Below, piece after piece: positions 53,634 through 64,000 of a stretch of 64,000 nt of DNA. The DNA comes from Savitreella phatthalungensis (lineage: Eukaryota). The notes beneath the pieces were generated by a model. It saw only the letters and a list, made by a program, of their open reading frames with translations. It searched no databases and was not told the origin of the DNA. The stretch covers positions 186,001 through 250,000 of the forward strand of contig AP039701.1 in NCBI GenBank assembly GCA_051599415.1. The letters are read 5' to 3'. The position numbers and the translations under genes are program-made. Within the stretch, counting starts at the first letter, position 1, and the number at the start of each line of letters is the position of its first letter.

Positions 53634-56174
53634 CTACAGACGGTCGTGGTAGTTACTGACGTAGGCGTTGAGGTCAGTGACTGGTGCGAGACCCTTGCGC
53701 TGACGGATTGCCTTGACGACTTCTGCCGTCTTTCCGGTGGTCTCGAAGACGCCTGTGCCGGTCATCAGCTGCCAGTGGTCAAAGATCATCTGCGGGAAGG
53801 CCTGTCCGCCGGTGGCCTGTCTGAGCTCGGAGGTGAAACCGAAGGACTCGTTGACGGGCAGGTAGGCCTTGACGTTGAAGAGCGGGGTGCCGACACGCTG
53901 CTCCTCGGAGAAGACGGTACCACGCTTCTTGTTCAGGACGGAGTAGATGCCACCGATCGCGCTCTCGGGACACTGGATCTCGACCAGGAACATCGGCTCC
54001 TGCAGTCCAGGCTCGGCGTACAGCATCGATGCGTAGCACACACGACGGCACGTCGGGATGATCTGACCACCACCACGGTGGATGGCATCGGCGTGGAGGA
54101 CGACGTCGAGGATGTTGTAACGGATACCACGCATGTTCTCCTCGCACACGGGACCTTCCTTGGTCACCCACTGGAAGGCGGCAACGCAGGAGTCCTTGAT
54201 TTCGTTCAGGTAGGCAACGGCCTTGGTCTGGTCAACCATGAGGTTAGGTCCAGCCGTGTCAGGTCCGAAGCACCAGATCTTACGGGCGTCGGTGATGTCC
54301 CACTCGTGCTCGTCAGCAAGGATACGTGCGCGCGCCTTGAAATCGTCACGCGGCGAGACCTTGCCGCTCTCGATGTCCTTCGACAGCTCCTCCGTGATTG
54401 GCTCGGCAGTCATGAAGATACGGTTGTGCTTGTTCGGGGACTTGGACAGGGCCTGCTGGCTCGACTTGCCCGTGACAGTCTCACGGTATGAGACGACCGG
54501 CTCGGAGATCTTCAGCGGCACCTGAGCGTGGTCGTGCTCGAGGTCGTTCAGGCAGATCTCGAGGTGGAGCTCACCTGTTCCGGCGACAATGTGCTCACCA
54601 GACTCGTTTGTCATTGTCAGCACACATGGGTCAGACTTGGACAGACGCTTGAGACCTTCGACGAGCTTGGGCAGGTCCTGGGCGTTCTTGACCTCGACGG
54701 CGACCTGGACGACAGGCGACACGGAGAACTTCATGACCTTGAGGTTGTGGGCAGTCTCGGAGGTCGTGAGGGTTCCAGACTTGAGCAGGAACTGGTCGAC
54801 ACCGACAAGACCAATGGTGTTACCGGCAGGGCAGTCGTCGATCTGCTCGACACCACGGCCCATCATCAGCACGGTACGCTGGATAGCCTTGATGAACAGG
54901 TCGGACTTGGAGCCAGGCTGGTAGTTGGGGCCCTGAATACGGACCTTGAGGCCAGAGCGGACGGTTCCGGAAAAGACACGGCCGAAGGCGTAGAAACGTC
55001 CCTTGTCGGAGGTCGGCACCATCTTGGAAACGTACAGCATCAGAGGAGCCTTAGGGTCGCAGTTGGCGATACCGACGGCGCACTCATCGTCCTGAGGACC
55101 CTCGTACAGGGTCTCGACACGGTACTTCTGTGCGGTCAGGGGCGATGGGAGGTGGAGGACGACCATCTCGAGGAGTGCGTCTGCGGCTGGGAGGAAGTTG
55201 CGCATGACGACCTTGAGGAGCTGCTTGCCCTCGAGCTCAAGCTCTTCACCCTTGAGCTTGATCTCGAGCTTCTCGAGCAGCGTTGGGATCTCGTCCTTCT
55301 TGAAGTTCATGATGGCGGCGAAGATGCGGAAGATTGGGTCAAGGACGAACATGCTGAAGGCACGCTCGAGCGGCTTGCCGTCGGCGTCAGTTGCAGACTT
55401 TGACCACTTCTTGGTCTTTGGGTTGAAGAAGTTGTCACCCCACAGACGCTCCATCATCTTCTTCTTGTCAACACCGAACTTCTTGGCGTACTTGACGGCA
55501 AACTGGCGGATGGTGAAGCACCAGCCGTGGAGACCGGAACCGAAGGCGACGGTTCCCTTCTCCGGGTAGACCTGGCAGTCGCCGAGCTTCTCGTCGTTGT
55601 AGGTGGCAATGACGACGTTGACGGACTCGACTGTGCGGAGGAAGGTCTGGTAGAGGTCCTCCTTGGTGATCTGAAGCTCGAGCAAGGCACGGTCGACCTT
55701 GTTAACGCAGCAGACTGGGCGGATACGCTCGGAAAGTGCCTGACGGAGGACGGTCTCAGTCTGGACACAGACACCTTCAATGCAGTCGACAACGACGAGA
55801 GCACCGTCGGTGACACGGAGGGCGGCAGTGACCTCAGATGAAAAGTCGACGTGACCTGGGGAGTCAATCAGGTTGACGAGGAAGTCGCGTCCGTCGGTCT
55901 TCTGGGGAATGTCTGCCACATCCTCCTCGGACATGGGTGCGTAGAGGGAGATGGCGGTAGACTTGATTGTGATACCACGCTCCTGCTCGTCAGGACGTGA
56001 GTCCATGTAACGGTCATCTCCTGCACGCTTTGCAGCAATAATACCTGCACGGGAGACGAGGGAGTCTGTGAGTGTAGATTTTCCGTGGTCGACGTGTGCA
56101 ATGACGGAAATGTTGCGAATGTTGGACGCCTTGTCCATCAAGGCGCGGATCTCATCGACGGTGAAGTTGACCAT
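53634..56174 (-). CDS. EFT2: Translation elongation factor 2
   Basis: [26 protein letters not shown], diphthamide loop [14 protein letters not shown]. Confidence 0.99.
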   Translation of the reverse strand: MVNFTVDEIRALMDKASNIRNISVIAHVDHGKSTLTDSLVSRAGIIAAKRAGDDRYMDSRPDEQERGITIKSTAISLYAPMSEEDVADIPQKTDGRDFLVNLIDSPGHVDFSSEVTAALRVTDGALVVVDCIEGVCVQTETVLRQALSERIRPVCCVNKVDRALLELQITKEDLYQTFLRTVESVNVVIATYNDEKLGDCQVYPEKGTVAFGSGLHGWCFTIRQFAVKYAKKFGVDKKKMMERLWGDNFFNPKTKKWSKSATDADGKPLERAFSMFVLDPIFRIFAAIMNFKKDEIPTLLEKLEIKLKGEELELEGKQLLKVVMRNFLPAADALLEMVVLHLPSPLTAQKYRVETLYEGPQDDECAVGIANCDPKAPLMLYVSKMVPTSDKGRFYAFGRVFSGTVRSGLKVRIQGPNYQPGSKSDLFIKAIQRTVLMMGRGVEQIDDCPAGNTIGLVGVDQFLLKSGTLTTSETAHNLKVMKFSVSPVVQVAVEVKNAQDLPKLVEGLKRLSKSDPCVLTMTNESGEHIVAGTGELHLEICLNDLEHDHAQVPLKISEPVVSYRETVTGKSSQQALSKSPNKHNRIFMTAEPITEELSKDIESGKVSPRDDFKARARILADEHEWDITDARKIWCFGPDTAGPNLMVDQTKAVAYLNEIKDSCVAAFQWVTKEGPVCEENMRGIRYNILDVVLHADAIHRGGGQIIPTCRRVCYASMLYAEPGLQEPMFLVEIQCPESAIGGIYSVLNKKRGTVFSEEQRVGTPLFNVKAYLPVNESFGFTSELRQATGGQAFPQMIFDHWQLMTGTGVFETTGKTAEVVKAIRQRKGLAPVTDLNAYVSNYHDRL

Positions 56175-56208
56175 GGCTGACGGATGAAGTGTCTGTCGGC
56201 TTGAAGGT

Positions 56209-56517
56209 CTAGTGAAAAAAGGATTTTTTTAAAAAAAGGGGGAGTTGGAGTTAATGAGCCGTCGAGCTGAAGATTGAGTTGTAGGAATCAAGTGTTGTTG
56301 AAAGAGGATGGGAGTGAGTGGTGAGGATGTGTGTGTAAGGCGAGAGGAGAGGGTGAGTGATGCGAGGTAGAGAGAGAGAGTGTGTGTGTGTGTGTGTGTA
56401 GAGGGGAGAATAGGTTGAGAGAGGTGTGTGGGTGTGCGTATGGGTGTGCAGGTGGGTGTGCGTGTCAGCTTGGTCGACCGGTAGAGCGATGGGAGAGAGA
56501 AGGGAGAGAAGGGAGAG

Positions 56518-56562
<45 letters not shown>

Positions 56563-56932
56563 GATGGGATCTGGCGACTGGCGAATGGGTAATGTGGGTG
56601 GGTGTGCGTGTAGGAGAGTGCTGTGAATGAGTGAGTGAGAAGCTGAGAGGAAGGTCTGTCTGTGTGAGTGTGTGTGAGAGTGTGTGAGAGAGATGATGAG
56701 AGTGAGAGCCAGAGTGGACCTGAGATGCTGCTGCTGCTGCTGCTCTTGCTGCTCTTGCTTCTCCCGCTGATTCTGCTGTTGCTGCAATTGTGGATGTGAG
56801 AGTGGTTGGCTGCGTGCGTGTGCTAACTGAAGGCTAACTCTCTCACTCTCACTCACTCACTCACACTCACTCTCACTCACTCTCTCTGTCTGGATGTCAG
56901 TCTCTGCGGAGTGGGAAGTTGACTGGGCATAC
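56209..56932 (-). other. Probable 5'UTR intron of eEF2 (724 nt)
   Basis: Minus strand: CAG|GTATGC donor at 56932; CATTAAC branch-like site, polypyrimidine tract and CACTAG acceptor at 56209, 34 nt before the ATG. Confidence 0.55.
56370..56888. repeat. Compound microsatellites (GA)n, (GT)n, (CTG)n, (TCAC)n
   Basis: Directly visible, e.g. 56522-56560 (GA)n, 56726-56750 (CTG)n, 56838-56886 (CTCA)n. Confidence 0.9.
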
Positions 56933-57565
56933 CTGACTGAGGATGGAATCAGTGCGGGTGCAGTATGCTTGGAGATGCATGTTCGATCGATTGCTGCCGG
57001 TCAATCCATGGATCTTCCCACTTTGACACTCCACAGCTACAATAGTTCAATCTTTGTCACCTTCAACCTGTATGGGATTGGAGTGAAATTACACCTGTGT
57101 GGCATCCAACAAGTGAATTGTGATTTACTTCGGCACTGCTCAGTATGAAACTTCATGCTGATCAATCGGGATGCTTTTGACTGAATTAGAATAGAGAAAC
57201 ACTTTATCCAAGAATTTACGAAATGTAAAAGACGAAAAATTTATCTTCTAATTCTGGTGATGTACCTGAAATTTCAGATTCATTTGCAAAAAGGCAGTCG
57301 CACATTTGGACTGTGGCTGATTGAAAGAGTTCTCTACATGCGCTACTGTTGTGGCGCTGTGCGAATTCCGAGTCACGTGTAATCAGTACTTCTCATGCTT
57401 GTGCACGTGTAAGGACGTCCTGATTGATCCTCCGTCCATCTATGGATCACACAGCTCAAGGCACAGTTCAGTACAGTCACTCTTTCGGGGAGCTCTTCCT
57501 GCTGCTGCTATCACTCTGCCACGACTACTTGTCTGAAGGACAGCCTCCTTTTTCTCACTCCCACA

Positions 57566-58120
57566 ATGCGTGACCTCAAACACCACGAGCAGAAGCTGCT
57601 CAAGAAGGACGACCTCTACACCTACAAATCTGAAAACAATCACCGCGACGTCGCTGTCCTTCGGCGGTACCATGTCCAGGATCGCGAGGACTACTTCCGG
57701 TACAATAAGGTGAGTGGTCAACTCCGCCATATCGCTCACCGTCTCTCGCTCCTGCCTGCGGACGATCCGTTTCGGCGGCGTGTGGAGCGGTTGATGCTTG
57801 AGAAGGTGCAGCACGTGGGGTTGATTCCCGAGGCTTCGCGGTTGTCTGAGGTGGAGAACAAGGTGAACGTGTCTGCGTTCTGCCGGAGGAGGCTACCGAT
57901 CGTGATGTGCAGGCTCAAGATGTGCGAGGGTGTCGCTCAGGCCGTCACGTATGTCGAGCAGGGCCAGGTCAGGGTAGGTCCTGACATTGTGACTGATCCG
58001 GCGTATCTGGTGACAAGGTCGCTGGAGGATTTCGTCACTTGGGTAGACGCATCCAAGATCAAGAGAACCATCGCCAAGTACAATGACAAGCTGGACGACT
58101 ACGATCTCATGCAGCTCTAG
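57566..58120 (+). CDS. IMP3: U3 snoRNP protein Imp3
   Basis: '[14 protein letters not shown]', 'VSAFCRRRL', S4 domain '[28 protein letters not shown]'. Confidence 0.97.
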   Translation: MRDLKHHEQKLLKKDDLYTYKSENNHRDVAVLRRYHVQDREDYFRYNKVSGQLRHIAHRLSLLPADDPFRRRVERLMLEKVQHVGLIPEASRLSEVENKVNVSAFCRRRLPIVMCRLKMCEGVAQAVTYVEQGQVRVGPDIVTDPAYLVTRSLEDFVTWVDASKIKRTIAKYNDKLDDYDLMQL

Positions 58121-58273
58121 GGACGACAGAAATCTCTCAACAACTCATGATACCACTCCCTTTATGCTCACGATATCGCACACTTGTATACACATTGCTA
58201 AATATTCTCATCATGCTAAATCTCATGGTCTGTCAAATCTTTCTCCTTTCCTGGCGGACAGCTGTGGCGGAAT

Positions 58274-60079
58274 CTACACTCGTTTGGGCACTGCCTGCTG
58301 TAAGGCAGCTCGGAAGGGTTTGGCCAAGTACTGCGTGGTGAGGATCATGTTTGGCCTCTTTCTCTGGGCTATTTTGAAAGATTCGTCTTTCTGCTTTCGT
58401 GGAGTTACACGTGTATCGGCCTGAATGTCACCTAGGACGCCTAGCCAAGCGCCGAATCCTCCGTCTGCAGCACCAGGTTCACTGCTGTCGCCACCTTTAA
58501 GAATGGCGTCCAGCCGACGCATCGACTCGGCATCCTTCTCTCGCATGTACCGCGCATACCCTGAAAGCTCCTCCCGCACCTTCTCGCTCAGTTCTGTCGG
58601 CACCTTCGACAGCAGTGTCTTCAGATCGACTGCAGGCTCGCCAACGTATGCCTTTAGACAATGGTGGTACCACTCCGTATAGCCTTGTCTGAGTTTCGGG
58701 CTCTTTGCGAGCAGCTGGTTTGTGAATCGGATGAAGCTGGACTCGTGGCGGACGATGAGCTGGACAAATTCGGCTGCATTCGCTCGACGGCTCGACACCT
58801 CAATCAGATCAGTGAGGAAGTTCTGCATGTCGTATATGCCGGCTGGTAGATCAACGGCACTGTGTACTTCTGCGATGATCGGGAAGAAGAAGTCGAGGAA
58901 TGAGCGGATGGCGTTTGGTAATGCGTCATCCTCACTCAGAATTCGGATGAGTTCCATGCGATCACGTCGGCTGAGCTGCAACTCTAGTAGCTTCAGCAGC
59001 TGCGTGTGCTCCTGCTCATCGACCTCCGTTGTGTCGATAATAGCACACACGATGCTGATGCCCTCAGTCAGACTGCGGTCACGCAGCTTTTGCTGCTGTT
59101 CCCGACTTGCTTCGTACACATACTTCTCAATCTGTTCCCGATGCCTCAACTCGATCTTGCTGTCCTTCTCCAGCTCCTTGATGCCCTTCTCGAACTTCGC
59201 CTGGTCACTGCCGAGGATGGAGGAGATGAGTGACTGGAGCAGACTCGATCTTGAGAACATGGGTTTGGCAAGGAAGACTTTGATGAGACCCTGGACCATT
59301 GAGGTTGCGTACGGTATCTTACACGTCTGGCGAATTGTCCAGTATGGCAGCTTCTCGTGCACACGGGACAGGATCGACAGGGTGTCTTCGCTGTCTGGCG
59401 ACTCGACAAAGATGAAGTGGAGGATGGCGGCGAGTGTGATGCGGACGTACATGGTTGCCGCCCAGGCATCTCCTTTCCACTCGTCGAATGGTGTCGACTT
59501 CTCAAGCAGCTCAAGCCCGTCCTTGAGTGCGTCCTTGTGGACGACATCTGCTCGCCACCGCAGCCACGCCGCCCGAAGCTCTTCAGCCGAATAGTCGCTC
59601 ATCCTTGAACCCTTCCCACCCTCAATCTTGTCTTGGCCTGCAAGCTTCTCAGACGGTGTCACCTTGCCAAAGATACCGCGAGACACGTTGCTGATGAAAA
59701 CGGAACACGCCATTCCCAGCACCTTCCGCTTCGATACTTTACCTTTGTCATACGAGTCCGAGAGACAGCTAGCAGCCATGCGCTCGAGAATACTTTGGAC
59801 CTGGTTTCCCCAGAATGAGGAGTCGGACTTGACGGCACTGAAGCCGGGAAGCGTGTCTGTCAGGACATAGTGTCGTACACAGTATTCGAGGATCGGCGAC
59901 TTGTCTTCTCCTGGAAAGTCTGGGTTCTCCACAAACGGCGGACCGAGCGCAGCGATTCTGCCGGGGATCTTGAGCGACGTGAACTCGAGACTCGCCTCGT
60001 ATAGACACAGATACTCAAACAAGGCAGCCTGAAGCTCGTCATCTGCAACCTCGAGCGTCTCTGCTGCCACCTGACTCAT
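58274..60079 (-). CDS. PX-associated (PXB)/DUF3818-like protein (Ypr097w/Lec1-related)
   Basis: 'ALGPPF...SPILEY..LPG..FW..SDSYDKG..SKRK' N-terminal block and 'LPYWTIRQ..SLLQ' C-terminal block recalled from fungal PX-associated proteins; first ATG at 60079. Confidence 0.65.
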   Translation of the reverse strand: MSQVAAETLEVADDELQAALFEYLCLYEASLEFTSLKIPGRIAALGPPFVENPDFPGEDKSPILEYCVRHYVLTDTLPGFSAVKSDSSFWGNQVQSILERMAASCLSDSYDKGKVSKRKVLGMACSVFISNVSRGIFGKVTPSEKLAGQDKIEGGKGSRMSDYSAEELRAAWLRWRADVVHKDALKDGLELLEKSTPFDEWKGDAWAATMYVRITLAAILHFIFVESPDSEDTLSILSRVHEKLPYWTIRQTCKIPYATSMVQGLIKVFLAKPMFSRSSLLQSLISSILGSDQAKFEKGIKELEKDSKIELRHREQIEKYVYEASREQQQKLRDRSLTEGISIVCAIIDTTEVDEQEHTQLLKLLELQLSRRDRMELIRILSEDDALPNAIRSFLDFFFPIIAEVHSAVDLPAGIYDMQNFLTDLIEVSSRRANAAEFVQLIVRHESSFIRFTNQLLAKSPKLRQGYTEWYHHCLKAYVGEPAVDLKTLLSKVPTELSEKVREELSGYARYMREKDAESMRRLDAILKGGDSSEPGAADGGFGAWLGVLGDIQADTRVTPRKQKDESFKIAQRKRPNMILTTQYLAKPFRAALQQAVPKRV

Positions 60080-60447
60080 CCTGACCTGCACACAAGACCA
60101 ATACTGTGCTTTGATCCTCTTGAATTCTTCCTCACCTAGACAGACTGCGCGGATAAATAGTGACCTGCGCTGATGCCAAGCCTTACTACCTCACCTACTT
60201 ATACGATTTTCAAATGCTGTGCTTGTCAAGACGCCTTCTGCGTCATTCAGACAGAAAGATTGATCAACCCTCGCACAAATGATATTGTGGCACACACATC
60301 CGCTAGTCGATGTATGGTGGTGGCGGTGAGCACGTGTGAACAGCCTCGAAGATGCAGAAGATACATACAAGTACACGCTACCGTGAGTCAAGTGTACAGT
60401 TTCTCTCTTGCTCGCATTGACAACTGTCACCGCATTTCTCGCAAGCG

Positions 60448-61116
60448 ATGTCCGCATCATCAAGCTCGACCAAGACAGACTTCTTGAAGGTCTGCATCGA
60501 CCAGCAGATCCTCAAGTTTGGCAGCTTCACACTCAAATCTGGCAGACAGTCTCCCTACTTCTTCAACGCTGGCCTTTTCAACACGGGCAGACTATGCTCG
60601 TCTCTATGCTCTGCGTACGCGCAGACAATTCTCTCATCCGATGTCGAGTTTGACGTCTTGTTTGGACCGGCGTACAAGGGCATCCCACTGGCTGCTGTGA
60701 CTGCGGTGAAGCTTGCTGAGAGTGGGGACGATCGCTTTGCGTCGCTGGGCTACTGCTTCAATCGGAAGGAGGCGAAGGCCCACGGTGAGGGCGGCAGCTT
60801 GGTGGGTAGCTCGATGAAGGGTAAGCGTGTGCTGGTGATCGACGATGTCATGACTGCTGGCACGGCGATGCGCGAAGCCATTGCCATCATCGAGCGCGAA
60901 GGCGGTACCTTGGCCGGCGTCGTCGTCGCTCTAGATCGACAGGAGAAGGCCACCGACTCAGACCTCTCCACCGTCAAGCTTGTAGAGCAGGAATACAACA
61001 TCAGGGTCCAAGCCATCGTCAGACTTGAGGACATCATCGACTTCTCCAGGGAGAGACTCTCAGAAGACGACACAAAGCGCATGGAGGAGTACCGCAGCCA
61101 GTATGGTACAGTCTAG
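60448..61116 (+). CDS. URA5: Orotate phosphoribosyltransferase
   Basis: FTLKSGRQSPYFFNAG, FGPAYKGIP, FNRKEAKAHGEGG, VIDDVMTAGTA. Confidence 0.98.
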   Translation: MSASSSSTKTDFLKVCIDQQILKFGSFTLKSGRQSPYFFNAGLFNTGRLCSSLCSAYAQTILSSDVEFDVLFGPAYKGIPLAAVTAVKLAESGDDRFASLGYCFNRKEAKAHGEGGSLVGSSMKGKRVLVIDDVMTAGTAMREAIAIIEREGGTLAGVVVALDRQEKATDSDLSTVKLVEQEYNIRVQAIVRLEDIIDFSRERLSEDDTKRMEEYRSQYGTV

Positions 61117-61211
61117 ATTGTCATATGGGGTTATAGATCATTTAATGCATGTCATGAATACGTTTCGGGTCGTAAGTGCTGGTATCGTTTCTGGGTCCAT
61201 GGGAGGAACAG

Positions 61212-61919
61212 CTATCGAAAGATGCTGCGCTTGGTGTGTGAGGGTTTCCTGTGCTTGCGCACTGGCTGGAAGTCAGCCACAGAGGCTGCTCGATGGTCTG
61301 CCGGGTGTGCCGGCAGGAGTTCTTCCATATGGATACCTGAGCTTCGACCGAGCTTCTCTCTCTGCAGGCGCTCTTGCCTAGCCGCTTCTCTCGCCACTCG
61401 CATGTTGCGCCGTAAAGCCTGCGAGCTCGCGTACTGGTCACCCCATAGCCTGTCGCACGCTTCTGTCAGACGGGCAAGGGACTCGTGCTCACGCTGGACC
61501 TGTGCCAGCTTCGACGTCTGCGCCTCCAGCTTCGCGAGCGGGTGTTCGTCTTCTTCATCGACCACTTCGGATGCCCGAGGGTATTGCTCGCGCGCGCCTG
61601 AGACAACGTCGTAGCGGGCTTGCTCGGGGTTGGTCTTGATGCGGATCTCGGCCGCACAGGCAGGACATTTGAGGAGGAACTCGACCGCCGGCACCGTCAG
61701 CGTGTTTGCGGGAGCGACTTTGTTCTTGATTGCGTTGAAGCGCGTCCCGCGACCGATCGACCGGTCACACCCGCCACAGACCACGCCGTACGGCATCGCG
61801 AACCGGACTGTGGATCCATCGCGCAAGGGAGCCCGTCTGCCGGCGATGCGGTTCAGATTACCCTTGCCGGGGCCAGCAGGGTCATAGTCAGGCGGATAGT
61901 ATCGGTTGAAGCCCTGCAT
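61212..61919 (-). CDS. CWC16/Yju2 family splicing factor (Saf4/CCDC130 type)
   Basis: 'MQGFNRYYPPDYDP', 'VRFAMP', CxxC..RFNA..CxxC, 'IKTNP..YDVVSGA'. Confidence 0.9.
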   Translation of the reverse strand: MQGFNRYYPPDYDPAGPGKGNLNRIAGRRAPLRDGSTVRFAMPYGVVCGGCDRSIGRGTRFNAIKNKVAPANTLTVPAVEFLLKCPACAAEIRIKTNPEQARYDVVSGAREQYPRASEVVDEEDEHPLAKLEAQTSKLAQVQREHESLARLTEACDRLWGDQYASSQALRRNMRVAREAARQERLQREKLGRSSGIHMEELLPAHPADHRAASVADFQPVRKHRKPSHTKRSIFR

Positions 61920-62128
61920 GAGGATGCGCTGCGCTCTGCGAAGACCTCACTGCATGGACAGGCCTGTGGACTCCAGGCATCACATCAAGACGAGAGACTG
62001 TCCGCTAGCTCTCCACACTTTGTAGCGCGTAGCACAAAGCGTTCACACAATATACGAATACAGAATTAATGTCACGATTGCATGCATGGTTGAGGTCGAG
62101 AGTGGCAAAACTCGCATAGAATCACCAG

Positions 62129-63022
62129 CTACTTCCAGCGCGGCTTCGCACCAGATCCTGCAGGGCTTTTGAATGTTACGAGACTAGCCGCAGCGCGCGA
62201 CCCCTGTTTTATAGGTGAGCTCGGTGTCGCAGGCGCAACGGGTCTTCTAGAAGCAGGGATTGCGGAATGCCGGAGGGCGCGCTGTGGCGTGGGCATCGGT
62301 CGCGTGGACAGGCACATCGAAGGTTCCTTGAACTGCGCACTCGGCGTCAGGCTCCTCGAAGGTGTGAGAAGGGGCCTTTTAATGGGACTCTTGCTGTTGA
62401 GGGACAGCTCGCTCAGGGCTTGACGTAATTCGAGCGAGCTACGTCTTGCCGGCGAGCCTTTCGGATTATCCGGAGGTAAACGAGAGAGCACGCGTTTCGA
62501 CAGCGCTGAAGCGTAGTCGACACGCAGGTCACGCGACTCCCGCTCTAAAGCCTTCAGACGAGGAGCAATCTCGCTCAAGTGCTCTGCCACCATGGACTCC
62601 ATCGTGCTGTCATACTCAATCTCGTGGTGTATCGAAGAGGTGTGTAAGGTTTTCCTGCAGGCCGGATTACTGGCTACCGCGGGTTGGTCAGCCATCGAAG
62701 CCATACCACTGCTCGTGCCGGCGTGACCGCGAGATTTCGTCTGCCAAGTCGCCGACGAGGCGAGCCGGCTGTTCAGGGATCGCTCAGGAGCGTCAACAGC
62801 CTTGATAGTGAAGAGAACGTCTAGAACAACTCGCATCTGACGCTGGACGTTTGCATGGGAGAGCAGCAAAGCAGCTGGCATCCGAGAGAAGCTTTCACAG
62901 CTGAAGGCGAAGCACGGACTTGTGGCTAGGATATGCTCAACCTCGGTGAACAGTGCCTGCAGACGGCGATCGAGTGACGTTGCAGAGGCAGGTAGAGCTG
63001 TACGCTCTTTTGAGTCCTGCAT
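62129..63022 (-). CDS. Hypothetical protein: helical/coiled-coil N-half, basic Ser/Pro-rich tail; start uncertain
   Basis: Long ORF (about 297 aa from the ATG at 63022), ends AKPRWK*, contains SAIP. Confidence 0.55.
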   Translation of the reverse strand: MQDSKERTALPASATSLDRRLQALFTEVEHILATSPCFAFSCESFSRMPAALLLSHANVQRQMRVVLDVLFTIKAVDAPERSLNSRLASSATWQTKSRGHAGTSSGMASMADQPAVASNPACRKTLHTSSIHHEIEYDSTMESMVAEHLSEIAPRLKALERESRDLRVDYASALSKRVLSRLPPDNPKGSPARRSSLELRQALSELSLNSKSPIKRPLLTPSRSLTPSAQFKEPSMCLSTRPMPTPQRALRHSAIPASRRPVAPATPSSPIKQGSRAAASLVTFKSPAGSGAKPRWK

Positions 63023-63884
63023 TGGCGCCCTATCATCGTAAAGGGCGTTGTCTTTTGCGGCCTCATCATAACAACACAGCACAATGGTCACGATACAACG
63101 ACGATGTCTCAAGTTCAAGCACGTGGAGCTGAACAGAGGTCACAGGTCACGCATGAGAGGACAGTATGTTGTGAGCATCCTGAGACTGATGAATGGAACT
63201 GTCTTGTTGTGCCCAGATGGCGGTGTATCCTGGAGAAGCTGACTCTCGGTGTACATCAAGGTTCAGCTAAAGCTCACGTGCGGGGGACTGACCGGCCGAA
63301 GCCTCAGACACTGATTTCTGACAAAGGCTCCTGACTCTTAGTACTGACATTGAGCCCATAGCTGTATCGGGACATTAATCATCAAGGACGTGTAGCCCGA
63401 GGTGAACAGTGGAGATTGCCGGTGGTTACCGCCGTTTTCTGGAGATTTTGTTGATCAACCTGCCCTGGTTCATTCAAACTTTAGCCGGACAAGGTTGAAG
63501 CTTGAGCCGCTGTCAACTTACATCGTCTGAAGATGATACACTGCAGAAGGTCAACATTGCAAGCCAATTTGTTCTATGAAGAACTGTGGTAGTACTGCTA
63601 TTCCTGAGAATGCTCCAGCTGGTTAGGAGGCTTCAGTATCCCAACTCGAACAATCACTTTTTACTCGGCAACCGGCGTCTGGTACGGAATTTGAGGGCGT
63701 TTCGCTTTAGCCGTCTGAGTTAAGGCTGGCTCGTGCTGCTGTTTATCGCTAATTAGGTCAGGTTTTACTAATAGGTCCGCGGCCTACATCATCGGTGGCC
63801 AATTGAGAGGATCACCAGAGGGCCTTCTCGATGCATCTGACCAAGGAATCCTTGAGTAAGCTACACAAGACGAAGTACAAAAGT

Positions 63885-63891
63885 CTATAAA
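63885..63891 (+). promoter_or_regulatory. Possible TATA box for a gene beyond the right edge
   Basis: TATAAAT followed by a C/A-rich leader like those preceding other genes in this window. Confidence 0.3.
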
Positions 63892-64000
63892 TTCCACACT
63901 TCCACCGTTCTGTCACGACATTCACCTGACCTGTCATCTGTCAAATCTCAACGCACGAGGTCAATCTATCTAATACAAAGCATACACGCCCATCACAGCT

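Noticed and set aside
53580..55403. Long + strand ORFs (303 and 291 aa) antisense to eEF2
   Set aside because: Shadow ORFs produced by the strong codon bias of a highly expressed gene; no independent motifs
56251..56856. 201-aa minus ORF rich in Q/H/T/L/S
   Set aside because: Translation of compound microsatellites inside the putative eEF2 5'UTR intron
58722..59594. 290-aa + strand ORF
   Set aside because: Antisense shadow of the PX-associated gene

Overview
Eukaryotic, fungal DNA: compact, with few and short (46-68 nt) GT-AG introns carrying CTGAC/CTAAC branch points. The gene content suggests an early-diverging ascomycete such as Taphrinomycotina (inference only). Both flanks are dense with housekeeping genes: SEC27, LSC1, Wss1/2-like, GPM1, TAD2, CorA/MNR2, SRP101, PAM18, DRE2, IDI1, PRP38, CYT1, eEF2, IMP3, URA5 and YJU2B. 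The main finding is a ~16.6 kb cluster (11.5-28.1 kb) of three paralogous processive GT2 polysaccharide-synthase-like genes and two type II membrane GH16 genes. It is built as two head-to-head GT2/GH16 cassettes plus one extra GT2. One GH16 keeps the catalytic EIDIME motif and the other has lost all three acidic residues (QLVLAQ). This looks like an uncharacterised glucan synthesis/remodelling system. Other findings: a tandem pair of tiny secreted 6-Cys peptides with identical Cys spacing (one missing from the ORF track), a secreted protein with three PAN/apple-like repeats, a spliced 103-aa membrane microprotein missed by the ORF track, and a probable 724-nt microsatellite-filled 5'UTR intron of eEF2. 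No rRNA, tRNA, CRISPR or transposon was recognised. All family calls come from reading motifs by eye, not from database searches.
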